The notes under the pieces are model-generated. The model worked only from the letters and a program-made list of their open reading frames with translations, had not been told where the DNA came from and did no database searches. Below, piece by piece: positions 26,942-37,400 of a stretch of 64,000 nt of DNA. This DNA is from a virus, in IMG/VR virus record IMGVR_UViG_3300022074_000025, positions 6,490-70,489 of that record; one strand, given 5' to 3'. Position 1 is the stretch's first letter. Each line of letters begins with the position of its first letter. A program made the position numbers and the translations under genes.

Positions 26942-28833
26942 TGGCAGATACATATCCTCAGGGTAAAACCACCGTAACTAAGAAAAAGGTAGTAGGTACT
27001 ATTTCAGGCCTTAACATGTACACTGTTAAGAAAGAAGATCCTGCGTACCGTGATATAAAAGCCAAATTAGTTGCTAAAAGATTAAAACGTTCAGGTATTG
27101 ATGTACGTACAAAAGATAATCCTGATGGCAGAATGATTCCAACAGGATATACAACACGAGGCGATATTCGTCTAGTAGATTCCCAAAACACATCACCTGA
27201 CTATCCTGACGGTAAGCCATATGATTATCCAAAAAGCCGTAGTATTCCTGGACACAGTTATCTTAAAAGAAGGCGTGATGAAGGCTATATTGACACTGTT
27301 GCCACAGGTAGATATAGATCCGGAATCATCGAAGGAACAATTGAACCTGTTGAATCAGCCAAAGGATCTACCTATAATGTAGAGAAAAAAGAAGTTTCAG
27401 TAGAAGTAGAGGTAAAGAATACAGGTGCCGCAAAAACTGACCAACGTGGCGGACAAGGCACAAGTGATGATAATAAGGATGCTATAGCCGCCGCAGAAGA
27501 AGAAAATGCTATAGCAAGTGGAAGTTCACTTGATGGTTCAGGTGGAGCACACATACCTTCTGGAGGAATTACTCCAAGACAACAGGACGCACTTTCTGGT
27601 AGAGGAGAATTTGCTCCTGACTCAGAATTTGAAGCACCACCAGGCTCACAGTACGAATCGCAAATCGATGTAGAAAAGGATCCGAATAGAGCACCAGTAT
27701 TGGTGTTTAATGAACTTGATGAGGCGGGCCAAAGAATACCTAATACAGGTGGCATTAAATATCTCACAAAAGAAGAGGCGATAAAATTAAATGAAGAAGG
27801 TTTAATTAAAGACAGTTTACTTGAAGATCATATAAAAATAATTGATGCTCAGAACAAACTAGCTGATAAAGGTGAGTTTCCATTTGATAGAGAGAAATAT
27901 ATTATTACACCTGATGGTAAATTAATACCTAAGAACAATGTATCTAAAGATGCAGATGGTAATTATAGAGATATTACAACTGGCAGTGCATTCACAGGAT
28001 TCGATGGTGAAAATGTCACTAAAGAAGAAGTAACAAATCAACCAAGAGGACCAAGAGTAAAACAAAGTATTGCTGGTGTACCTGGAGAACATAAAGTTAG
28101 ACTATATACAAAAAATCCTTCATGGTTAGAAAAAACATTAGAAACATTAAAAAAGACTGGCAACGGAATTGTATTTCCATATACGCCAACAATAAACGTC
28201 AATCATAGTGCAAACTATGGAACATATGATATTAATCAAAGCGTTGAACAACCACACTTTTATAGTATGACTCCTAATGTGTCACTTCAGCTGACTGCTG
28301 TATTCACAGCAAACACTCTAACAGAAGCAGAGTATATGCTTGCATGTATGCATTTTTTACGCACAGCAACTAAGAGCGATTTCGGGGCATATAACAATGG
28401 ACTTAGAAGAACTGATGCAGGCACACCGCCTCCCGTTCTAGTTTTTAATGGTTATGGAACAGAAATGTTTAACAATATTCCTGTAATTGTTAGAAGTGTA
28501 AACTTTACTTTACCTGAAGATGTAGATTACGTTTCAATACAAACACAAGCGGCACAATTTTTGGAAGGTGGATTTGTAGACGTAACTAACCTAGATGCAA
28601 ATGGTAATAATATACAAAATGAATTACAAACTCAGGATAATGCCGGTGGCGATATAACTGAATCTTTTGAAAAACAACCAGACGTTAATATTCCAGCTGA
28701 GTCATCAACAGTACCAACAAGTATATTGTTTAGTATTGACCTTGCACCACAGCATCCACCTGGCCAGTTACGTGACGAGTGGAACTTTAAAGACTATGCG
28801 TCAGGAGACTTATTGAGGAAAGGTTATATCTAA
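26941..28833 (+). CDS. Baseplate/tail-tube initiator-like protein (gp48/gp54-like C-terminal domain) with a long N-terminal extension
   Basis: FPYTPTI...GTPPPVLVFNGYG...NIPVIV...LPEDVDY tube-like domain; directly before gp53. Confidence 0.6.
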   Translation: MADTYPQGKTTVTKKKVVGTISGLNMYTVKKEDPAYRDIKAKLVAKRLKRSGIDVRTKDNPDGRMIPTGYTTRGDIRLVDSQNTSPDYPDGKPYDYPKSRSIPGHSYLKRRRDEGYIDTVATGRYRSGIIEGTIEPVESAKGSTYNVEKKEVSVEVEVKNTGAAKTDQRGGQGTSDDNKDAIAAAEEENAIASGSSLDGSGGAHIPSGGITPRQQDALSGRGEFAPDSEFEAPPGSQYESQIDVEKDPNRAPVLVFNELDEAGQRIPNTGGIKYLTKEEAIKLNEEGLIKDSLLEDHIKIIDAQNKLADKGEFPFDREKYIITPDGKLIPKNNVSKDADGNYRDITTGSAFTGFDGENVTKEEVTNQPRGPRVKQSIAGVPGEHKVRLYTKNPSWLEKTLETLKKTGNGIVFPYTPTINVNHSANYGTYDINQSVEQPHFYSMTPNVSLQLTAVFTANTLTEAEYMLACMHFLRTATKSDFGAYNNGLRRTDAGTPPPVLVFNGYGTEMFNNIPVIVRSVNFTLPEDVDYVSIQTQAAQFLEGGFVDVTNLDANGNNIQNELQTQDNAGGDITESFEKQPDVNIPAESSTVPTSILFSIDLAPQHPPGQLRDEWNFKDYASGDLLRKGYI

Positions 28834-29120
28834 TGACAACAATTTATAGACCTGATAGTAATTTCAGAAATAACAGAATTGTTAATGGTAAATATCTCAG
28901 TATAACAGATGAACTTGTTTCTAACAAAGCAGATGTAGTTACAAGCCCTCTGATTGTTGAAGCAAAATACGACCAAAGACCAGATGTTCTAGCAAACGAT
29001 CTTTATGGAAATTCAAGACTTTGGTGGGTGTTTGCAGAATTTAATCAAGACAAATTAGTTGATCCTATCCTAGATCTAAAAGCAGGTATGGAACTTCAAG
29101 TTCCAGAAAAATTCTCATAA
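28833..29120 (+). CDS. Baseplate wedge protein (gp53/LysM-like)
   Basis: RPDVLANDLYGNSRLWWVFAEFN...LKAG...VP. Confidence 0.85.
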   Translation: MTTIYRPDSNFRNNRIVNGKYLSITDELVSNKADVVTSPLIVEAKYDQRPDVLANDLYGNSRLWWVFAEFNQDKLVDPILDLKAGMELQVPEKFS

Positions 29121-30967
29121 TGTACAAAACAAATATAAATGGAAATTGGAACAGTAGTGTTAACCTTGCTGGATATAAACTTACGTTATATCTTGTTAAG
29201 AAACCATTGTGGAATTCACCAGATGCTCTTGCTAACGATAGTGGATCTATCCAAAAAGGTGATGCAATTATTATTGCAGAGACTGGTGCAACTACAGTTT
29301 TTAGTATAGACAATGTAAACCTAACAACATTTATTAGAGGTGGACAAAAGAACGTAGATGCATCTACGGGTGTTGTACAGTTTCAATTACAAGAAGTATT
29401 AGGATTTAATTTTCTTGATAAAATTTTAGCAGTATCATCTATATTTGGATTTTCTACAATAGCAAGTGCAAATTATGTATTAAAGGTAGAGTTTGTAGGT
29501 AGAGATCCTGAAACTGATTTACGTGTGCAGTATCCTAATATTTTCCTTTATAGTTTAGTATTTCAGGAGATACAAGCAAGTGTTTCTGAATCAGGAACAA
29601 CATATGATATAATTGCACTTAACAATCAACGTATGGCAAAATATCAATCAAGTGTTTATACAAATGTTGAAATTCAAGATTTCACTACCGTTGCAGATTT
29701 TATTAAAGCAACAGAACGTGCATGTAACAAATATGAAGAAGACATGAGCAAGCAGGATCAAGGTAATCCACAGCCAAGAAAGCATTGGAAAATTAAATTA
29801 GCACCTGAACTTGCTGGTATTGAACGAGAAGCCGTAACTGCTGACACTCGTGTTGATCATGGATTGAGAGTAGCGGCTGGTATGGCCCGCTCATCAGTAG
29901 CATCAATAAACTTAGCAGAGAGTCCAATGCAAGGTACAGGTGATACTGGTACTGCTACAAAAATGACACAAAATGAAAAAGGTACTCGTGATGCTATTAT
30001 AAATCAAAACACAAACGTTGCTGATTATTTAGAAGTTATGATTACACGAAACAGTCCAGTGTTTAATCAGTATTCAGCAAAACAGAAAAAATTAATTGGA
30101 CAGGTACCAATAATTAGAGCAAGTACAGAAGTAAAACAACTTGACAAGAATGATCCTAGAACTAACACTCCAGAAGTTGAGATTACAATTACAGTAGGTT
30201 TATTCAGAGATTCAACACACCCTGATGTAGACGCAAAGAAACAAGAAGAACACATTACAAATAAACAAAAACAGCAGACTTATGCTTCAGCAATATCTGA
30301 GAGTATTGTTAAAAAATACTTTTGGTTATACTCAGGACAAAATACTGAAGTCATGGGTTTTGATCTAAATGTAAATAACACATTTTTTATTGCACAAGAT
30401 CCTAACCAAGGACAAAATTATCCTGAAACAAGTCAAATGAAAGTGCCTAGTCAACCACTTCGTGCAACAACTATTGCACCTGGACAACGTGCATTCCTAA
30501 GTCAAATAGAAGTAGATCGTATTCCTATTGAACGTGTACAGTATGGTGTTGAAGCAACAGGTAGTAAAGCACAGAATACAAATGAAGAAACTGGTACTGC
30601 ATTAGATGCGATGCATGATAGAAATATGGCAAGGCGTGAAGAAGACTTCTTAAATATGACATTAGAAATTAAAGGTGATCCATTCTGGATGGGTACAGGT
30701 ACTACTATCTCAGGTACTGAAGTACAACTCCAGGACTTACAAAACTCTACAATCTATATTGCCTTTCTAACTTATAGACCAGAAGAAAGTGTTGCATATA
30801 CAGAAAATCAAAGAAGAGGTGGGTTGGATACTGCGGCAAGTGGAATATATGAAGTTTTTAAAGCAGATCAAAAATTAGCAGGCGGACAGTTTACACAGAC
30901 GTTATCATGTATTAGGAATAGAAACTTTAGTACATACCTAATGCAAAATGAACTGGAGAATTTATAA
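29120..30967 (+). CDS. Probable baseplate hub protein (gp27-like), 615 aa
   Basis: LEIKGDPFW and SGIYEV...GQFTQTL C-terminal motifs; lies between gp53 and gp5. Confidence 0.55.
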   Translation: MYKTNINGNWNSSVNLAGYKLTLYLVKKPLWNSPDALANDSGSIQKGDAIIIAETGATTVFSIDNVNLTTFIRGGQKNVDASTGVVQFQLQEVLGFNFLDKILAVSSIFGFSTIASANYVLKVEFVGRDPETDLRVQYPNIFLYSLVFQEIQASVSESGTTYDIIALNNQRMAKYQSSVYTNVEIQDFTTVADFIKATERACNKYEEDMSKQDQGNPQPRKHWKIKLAPELAGIEREAVTADTRVDHGLRVAAGMARSSVASINLAESPMQGTGDTGTATKMTQNEKGTRDAIINQNTNVADYLEVMITRNSPVFNQYSAKQKKLIGQVPIIRASTEVKQLDKNDPRTNTPEVEITITVGLFRDSTHPDVDAKKQEEHITNKQKQQTYASAISESIVKKYFWLYSGQNTEVMGFDLNVNNTFFIAQDPNQGQNYPETSQMKVPSQPLRATTIAPGQRAFLSQIEVDRIPIERVQYGVEATGSKAQNTNEETGTALDAMHDRNMARREEDFLNMTLEIKGDPFWMGTGTTISGTEVQLQDLQNSTIYIAFLTYRPEESVAYTENQRRGGLDTAASGIYEVFKADQKLAGGQFTQTLSCIRNRNFSTYLMQNELENL

Positions 30968-32184
30968 TGGCATATCAAAGTACAAATAGTAGAACACCTG
31001 AGAAAGTTAAACAGGGTGGACTTGGTGGAGTTAATCTTCTAAACGGTGTATATGTTGGCACAGTAGTTGCCAATGATGATTCAATTTACACTGGTAGAAT
31101 TAAAGTACACTTTCCTGAATTTGGTTCAGGTGGTGCGCCATACCATGTTTTATTAGTTACACCATTTGGAGGTTACACAAGTCCTAAAGAAGCAAGTGGT
31201 GATCCAACACAGTATGGTGCAGATGAGTCAGTAGAGGGTGGTGCTCCAAAAAGTTACGGCATGTGGCCACAACCACCGGCTATAGGTACAGAAGTTATAT
31301 GTGCATTTACATCAAGACATAATGTTGGATACCTCTTAGGAAGTGCTATAGGTATTGATAGAAACCATATGATGGGCGGTAAAGCAAGTGCATTAAACTA
31401 TGCACAACAAGGCACCATTTTACCAGTATCTGAAAAAAATCCTTATGATCAAAACGATCCAGATACTAAACCAGCTGATCCAACAGGAAGCCAAAAACTA
31501 ATTGATCAAGGATTAGAAAACGACTTTGTACGTGGACATAGTATGAGCAGTGCAAGACGTGAGTCACCTAGTAGAGTTTTCGGACTTACAACATCTGATG
31601 GCCATGTTATTTCAATGGACGATGGTGATGCAGAAGGTAATAGTAAAAATATTAGAATACGCACCAGAGGCGGAGCCCAAGTATTAATGGATGATGCAAC
31701 ACAAATTGTATTCATTACAAATCATAATGGTAATGCATATATTGAAATGGACGCTGATGGTAGAATAGATGTATATAGTCAAAAAGATATAAGTTATCAT
31801 GCTGAAGGTGATTTTAATCTTCATGCTAAAGGTAATATTAACATGCAGGCAGACAACGGTGTACAAATTAAAAGTATTGGTGCAGACGGAATTAAAGTTG
31901 AAGCAACTGCTGGCGACTATGATTTATTTGCCGCTAAAGATTTTAAATTTGAAGCAGGACAAAATGGAAATATGATTGCGGCCGGTAACTATAAAGAACA
32001 GGCAGGACGTATTGATATGAATGGTCCTGCACCAACACCAGCAACTAAAATTGAAATGAATCAATTAGTTGAAAACACAAATGTACTTGAAAGTGCAGGT
32101 ACTAGAGTGCCAGAGCACCATCCGTGGAAAGGTGCTACAGGAGTACAAGAGAAATTTAATGTTGCAAAAGGTAATACAAACTAA
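30967..32184 (+). CDS. Baseplate central spike (gp5/VgrG-like) with no internal lysozyme
   Basis: GTVV..DD...GRIKV OB fold, SYGMW..PPAIGTEV, GHVISMDD and beta-helix repeats. Confidence 0.85.
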   Translation: MAYQSTNSRTPEKVKQGGLGGVNLLNGVYVGTVVANDDSIYTGRIKVHFPEFGSGGAPYHVLLVTPFGGYTSPKEASGDPTQYGADESVEGGAPKSYGMWPQPPAIGTEVICAFTSRHNVGYLLGSAIGIDRNHMMGGKASALNYAQQGTILPVSEKNPYDQNDPDTKPADPTGSQKLIDQGLENDFVRGHSMSSARRESPSRVFGLTTSDGHVISMDDGDAEGNSKNIRIRTRGGAQVLMDDATQIVFITNHNGNAYIEMDADGRIDVYSQKDISYHAEGDFNLHAKGNINMQADNGVQIKSIGADGIKVEATAGDYDLFAAKDFKFEAGQNGNMIAAGNYKEQAGRIDMNGPAPTPATKIEMNQLVENTNVLESAGTRVPEHHPWKGATGVQEKFNVAKGNTN

Positions 32185-32909
32185 TGGAATTTAAACTCTC
32201 TTCAATACTTACAGAACAGGATCTAATAGAATTTGACTTATACACAAAAAAGTCTGAGTCAATGGTTGATGATCTTAAGGATTTAAAAAACCTTGAAGCA
32301 AGTTCACAACTTATTAATTTTTTAATCCGAGAACAGGAATGGCAAGGATATCAATATGGCAGTGGACTTGTAATTGGATATGGTACATCAGAAAAAATTA
32401 ATGATATTGGACTTACAGAATCTGAAGCGTTTAGTTTTTGGATAGATAAATTTAAGTTCACAGAAAGAAAATTTAAAGGTATACTTGGAAACATTTCTCA
32501 GTTGACACAGACACAATATGATGCTATGCTTAGTTTATATTATCACACTGGAGATATTTTTAGTGTAGGAACAGCATCACGCAAGTTTCAAATACAACAA
32601 TACATTGAAACAAGACAATGGCAATGGTATGCTTCTGCACTAATATTAAGTGGCTTTCAACGCAACATTAGGCAGGGTGAAGCCAAGATAATGATGCTTG
32701 GTGATTACGGTAGAAATAAAGATAGAAGTATAATTAAGGCTGAGGGTATTCAAAAGATAAGACAATTATATCCTAACAGATTTATAAACGACATAGCAAA
32801 AGAACAAGCAGAGTATGTTTACTATGCAGAAACCAAAAGGTTTCTGCCCAAAATGACACAAACAAGAATGAGGCGTATAGTGGCACTATACCAGGAGAAC
32901 AATGCCTAA
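32184..32909 (+). CDS. Phage lysozyme-like (GH24-like) tail-associated protein
   Basis: IGYG, LTQTQYDAMLSLYYHTG and RQGEA motifs; catalytic residues look degenerate. Confidence 0.6.
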   Translation: MEFKLSSILTEQDLIEFDLYTKKSESMVDDLKDLKNLEASSQLINFLIREQEWQGYQYGSGLVIGYGTSEKINDIGLTESEAFSFWIDKFKFTERKFKGILGNISQLTQTQYDAMLSLYYHTGDIFSVGTASRKFQIQQYIETRQWQWYASALILSGFQRNIRQGEAKIMMLGDYGRNKDRSIIKAEGIQKIRQLYPNRFINDIAKEQAEYVYYAETKRFLPKMTQTRMRRIVALYQENNA

Positions 32910-33528
32910 ATTAGATAGTATAGAAGCTGTAAAAGAACATTTTGATTGGGCTCCTTACAGCAAAGAGCGTTGGGCTACACATAACTTATCAAGCCTAAAC
33001 TTAATTCCATTTGTAAATGAAAGAAATCCAAAACTAGTAATTGATATTGGTTGTGGTAAAAATAATTTTAAAGGACTAATTCCTAATCTAATTGGATTAG
33101 ATGTTTCAGATTATCCTGAAGCAGATTTTAATATGTCACTTGAAGAAGTTTATAATAGGAATATTTTCCAACATGAATGTGCTGATGTTGTTATGGCATT
33201 GGGCAGTCTAAATTTTGGAACGTTTGATAATATCATTAGTCAGTTCGGAATGGCAATTGACTGGGTAAAGCCTGGCGGTATTTTTATTGTAAGAGTAAGA
33301 TTACATTTAGATAAAGAAGAAGCATTATATGCACGAGGCCACCAACAACATAATTGGAATTGGAAAAACGTAGACGAGATGCATGAGGCTTACAAAGATA
33401 AAGTAGAATATTTGATTGAACCAGCAACAGAAAAAGCGGCTGGTGGATTACCTGAAGAGAAACATGGAGAGCCAGACTTTGGTAGACCTCCAGTAGATTT
33501 AGCAGTATGGACCTGGATTAAAAAATGA
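32902..33528 (+). CDS. Class I SAM-dependent methyltransferase
   Basis: VIDIGCG motif I, GLD and VKPGG. Confidence 0.8.
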   Translation: MPKLDSIEAVKEHFDWAPYSKERWATHNLSSLNLIPFVNERNPKLVIDIGCGKNNFKGLIPNLIGLDVSDYPEADFNMSLEEVYNRNIFQHECADVVMALGSLNFGTFDNIISQFGMAIDWVKPGGIFIVRVRLHLDKEEALYARGHQQHNWNWKNVDEMHEAYKDKVEYLIEPATEKAAGGLPEEKHGEPDFGRPPVDLAVWTWIKK

Positions 33529-34073
33529 GCAAACCAGTATTGTTACTAAATGCTGATGCACAACCTGTAAGCCTATGTCCGCTTAGTACAATTAGCTGGC
33601 AACTTGCAATCAAAGTCTATTTTTTAGACAAAGTAAGAATACTTGAGAGCTATGATGAGTTAGTGCGTAGTGCAAACTTCAGTATGCAAAAACCCAGTAT
33701 TGTTATGCTAAAGCGTTATCACAAACTGCCTGTATCAGCAAAGTTTTCACGTAGAAATATGTTTATACGTGATAAGTTCACCTGTCAATATTGTTTAGAA
33801 GAGTTTCCACAGCAGGAACTCACCGTGGATCATGTTCTCCCCCGGTACTTGGGCGGGGTAAGTAGTTGGGAAAACTGCACTACTGCCTGTAAGACCTGCA
33901 ACTGGAACAAAGGCAACAAGTTGGAACGCCCTAAAGTAAAGCCTATAAAGCCAACATATCACGAATTAAACCATAAATTTAAAAATATCCCCATACATAT
34001 ATCAGATCTATCCTGGAAAACTTATATTAGTTGGCCAGATGAATTAATTATTGTCAAAAACAAAGCCGCCTAA
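33525..34073 (+). CDS. HNH endonuclease (McrA-like)
   Basis: VLLLNA, RDKFTCQYC, TVDHVLPR..GG..WEN...AC..CN..KGN. Confidence 0.92.
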   Translation: MSKPVLLLNADAQPVSLCPLSTISWQLAIKVYFLDKVRILESYDELVRSANFSMQKPSIVMLKRYHKLPVSAKFSRRNMFIRDKFTCQYCLEEFPQQELTVDHVLPRYLGGVSSWENCTTACKTCNWNKGNKLERPKVKPIKPTYHELNHKFKNIPIHISDLSWKTYISWPDELIIVKNKAA

Positions 34074-34089
34074 ATAGGGCGGTTTTTTT
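34065..34089 (+). terminator. Intrinsic terminator after the HNH gene
   Basis: GCCGCC-TAAATAG-GGCGGT followed by a T-tract. Confidence 0.85.
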
Positions 34090-34090
34090 G

Positions 34091-34098
34091 TATAAATA
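34091..34098 (+). promoter_or_regulatory. T4-type late promoter TATAAATA, 5 nt before the gp25 ATG
   Basis: Exact consensus. Confidence 0.85.
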
Positions 34099-34103
34099 TT
34101 AGT

Positions 34104-34478
34104 ATGGAAAAAATTTACGGATATAGCACGATTGACCAGTCCATGACGCCTAAACAACTCACAGGAGTTGCATTAGCAAAGCGTGACCTTGAGAATCACT
34201 TCCAGATTCGCAAAGGAGAGAAGTGGACAAATCCAAACTTTGGTAGTATGCTACCATTTTATGTCATGGAACCCCTTGATAATATCACAGTTGACTTAGT
34301 CAAGCAGGATGTTCTTGATGTAATCAGTTATGATCCACGTTTCAGTATTGAGAAGAATACAATTTTAGTTGACTTTGACGAATCAAAGATTGAGGTAAAT
34401 GCGACACTAAACTACATACCCACTTCAACACCAGTAGTACTGGAACTTAAATTTGATAGAGAATTTGAGGAACTATAA
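34104..34478 (+). CDS. gp25: Baseplate wedge subunit (gp25 family)
   Basis: RKGEKWTNPNFGS...EPL...YDPR. Confidence 0.88.
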   Translation: MEKIYGYSTIDQSMTPKQLTGVALAKRDLENHFQIRKGEKWTNPNFGSMLPFYVMEPLDNITVDLVKQDVLDVISYDPRFSIEKNTILVDFDESKIEVNATLNYIPTSTPVVLELKFDREFEEL

Positions 34479-37400
34479 TGGCACAGGCACAACGACAAAC
34501 CAAACTGTTTGCGGCTGAAGATTATACAGCGGTATATGAATCATACATAAATGCAAACTTACAGGCATATGATTTTGATACGATACGTGATAGCATGGTA
34601 TCATACATCAGAGAAAACTATCCAGAAAGTTACAATGACTGGGTAGAGTCAGCAGAATTTGTAAGCCTATTAGACGTTGTCGCACGTTTTGGTCATGCCC
34701 TTGCCTTCCGAATTGATATTAATGCTCGTAATAACTTTATCAGCACAGCAGAAAGAACAGACTCTGTTTATAAACTTGCAAACTTCTTAGGCTATACACC
34801 AAGAAGAAATACAACAGCAAGTGGTTTTGTAAAAGTTGTTTCAGTCAAAACAAATGAAGATATAATTGGAAATAACGGTACAACTTTATCTGGGCAAGAG
34901 TTTAACTTTGAAAATAGTACATCAGCAGATAATTTAGATAACTTTATTAATATTATGAATGCTGTATTTGCAAGCACAAATCCATTTGGCTCACCACGCA
35001 AACAGGTTACAGTTGATAATGTTGTAAACCAGTTTTACAACTTCAACAATACAGAAAACCAAGTTGCTTTTAATTTTACTGGTATAGCACAAGGCACACA
35101 AACTACATTTAATGCATATAGTTCAGATTACAATACAGACACATTACGCTATGAAGAAAAGTCTCCTGATCCACAAAGTGCTTTTAGTATCCTATATAAA
35201 AATGATGGGCAGGGTGTATTAAGTAATAATACAGGTTTCTTCTTTGGCTTAAAAGAAGGCAACTTAGACTTTCAAGACTTTAATGTACAAGATGCAGTTA
35301 GTGGTATCACACTTGATGTAGACGCAGAGAATATAAACCAAACAGACGTTTGGGTACAAACCATTAATCAAGATGGAACAGTAATTAAAAACTGGACTAA
35401 GGTTAATGAAGTATTTGGAACAAATGTTATATTCAATAATCTTTCAAATGGAATAAGAGATATCTTTAGTGTAAAGTCATTAGTAGACAATAGAATAAGC
35501 ATACAGTTTGCAGACAGTTCATTTGGCAACTTACCTAACGGAATTATAAGAGTATGGTTTAGATCAAGCCTTGACGAAACATATACGTTACGTCCCGATG
35601 ACATTGGCCTAAAGCGTATTAACATGACATACAAAGGTGCTGACAACAATACATATACAGCAACATTTGTTGTTCAACTTAAGAGTACAGTGAACAGTGC
35701 AAGTAGTGCAGAGAGTATAGATGACATAAGAGTCTCAGCACCACAAAGTTATGCAAGCCAGAATAGAATGATTACAGCAAGTGACTATAACGGTTTTCTC
35801 GGTAGCACTAGTGATAACATGAAAAAAATTAAGGCTGTGAATAGAACGCACAGTGGCTTTAGTAGATATGTGGACTTAAAAGACCCAACAGGTGCATATA
35901 GTAATTTAAGATTATTTGGAACTGATGGAAAGTTATATAGTTGCAATAAAAGAAAGACAACCATTGCAAGTGATATATCTGCGGCACAAGTTTTTGATTC
36001 TTATATCAAAAGGTTTGTAAGTGATGATGAGCTCATTAATTTATATTACAATAAATTTGCAACTACATTTGTAGATCTAAAATCCACATACAGTTTAAAT
36101 TCATTTAGTTGGGCACAAAGTACACAGTATCCACTTACAGGATATTTTCTAAATGGTACAACAATTCATGGTGTTGGTGAAAATCAATCTTCATATTTGC
36201 AACTAATTAGAACTGGTGCTATGCTAAAGTTTACATATGGTGGCACAGAGTATTGGGCACAAGTAAAAAGAATTTATAATAATGGATTAGGTGTTGATAA
36301 TACAAGTGGTGATCCTACAGGTATTACACCTGATGATCAGGGTGCAATTAGCCTTGATGTAGCAATACCTTCAAACGCAACACTGGAAACAATTTACCCA
36401 GCAATAAGCAGACAGTTTACAAAAACAGAACGCAATACTGTAATTGATTATATAAAAGCAAAACAAACTTTTGCATTAAAGTATGACTACATTAATAATG
36501 CGTGGGAAATAGTAGAGCGTAGTCCACTACCAACAGGTAGCAATATAACATTTCCAACAGAGTTTAGTACAAATCTTAATGTAACTGCAGGACAATATAT
36601 TACTGGACTTGAATATAAAATACAAAGTCTAGGTAATACAGACTTTACATTAATTGGTGCTGGTGCAAATACTGTAGGCACAAACTTCATAGCAACTGGT
36701 CCAGGTACTGGTACTGGTGTTGCAAGTAGCACAAAAGATAATAACTGGCTTATACATATAAGTTATGAATCAAGTAACAATGTTGATAAGTGGTCAATCG
36801 TACAGCGAGTATTAAGATACGAACTTACAACTGATCAAATGGAATTTAGTAATATTACAAATGAATTCTTTATGGACGGCGAATCACGCAAGAAGAAAAG
36901 AGATAAAGTATTAGTTACTGACACATCAACAGCAGGATTTCCAAGTACAACATTTTACATTTGGGGATATGATTTTAAAACTGATGGTGATAAGTCAGGT
37001 GTATATGATCCTACAAAAGTTATCCTTGCAAGTGTTGATGCAGATGATAATGATAGACCAGATAATCCTGAAGCGTTTTCAGATGTAGTTGGCACAAATG
37101 AAATAGACATTGATATTGATAATGATGGTGACTTGGATACTGTGTTTGGTAAAGAAAATTTAAGATATGAATGGACACATGTTCCTGATCATAATGAACT
37201 TATTGATCCATCATTTACAAACTTAATTGATGTGTTTACATTATCAACAACATATGATACAAAGTTTAGAGCTTACCTCAAAGATACAACAGGCCAAGCT
37301 GGTATGCCAGTAGCAGATACAGTTACAAGTTTACGTAGTGCCTTTGATGATCAAACAGAGCGTAAAGCAATGAGTGACAGTATTGTATACAGGCCTGCAA

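Noticed and set aside
32902-34073. Restriction-modification pair
   Set aside because: The methyltransferase lacks the DPPY/NPPY or PC catalytic motifs of DNA methyltransferases.
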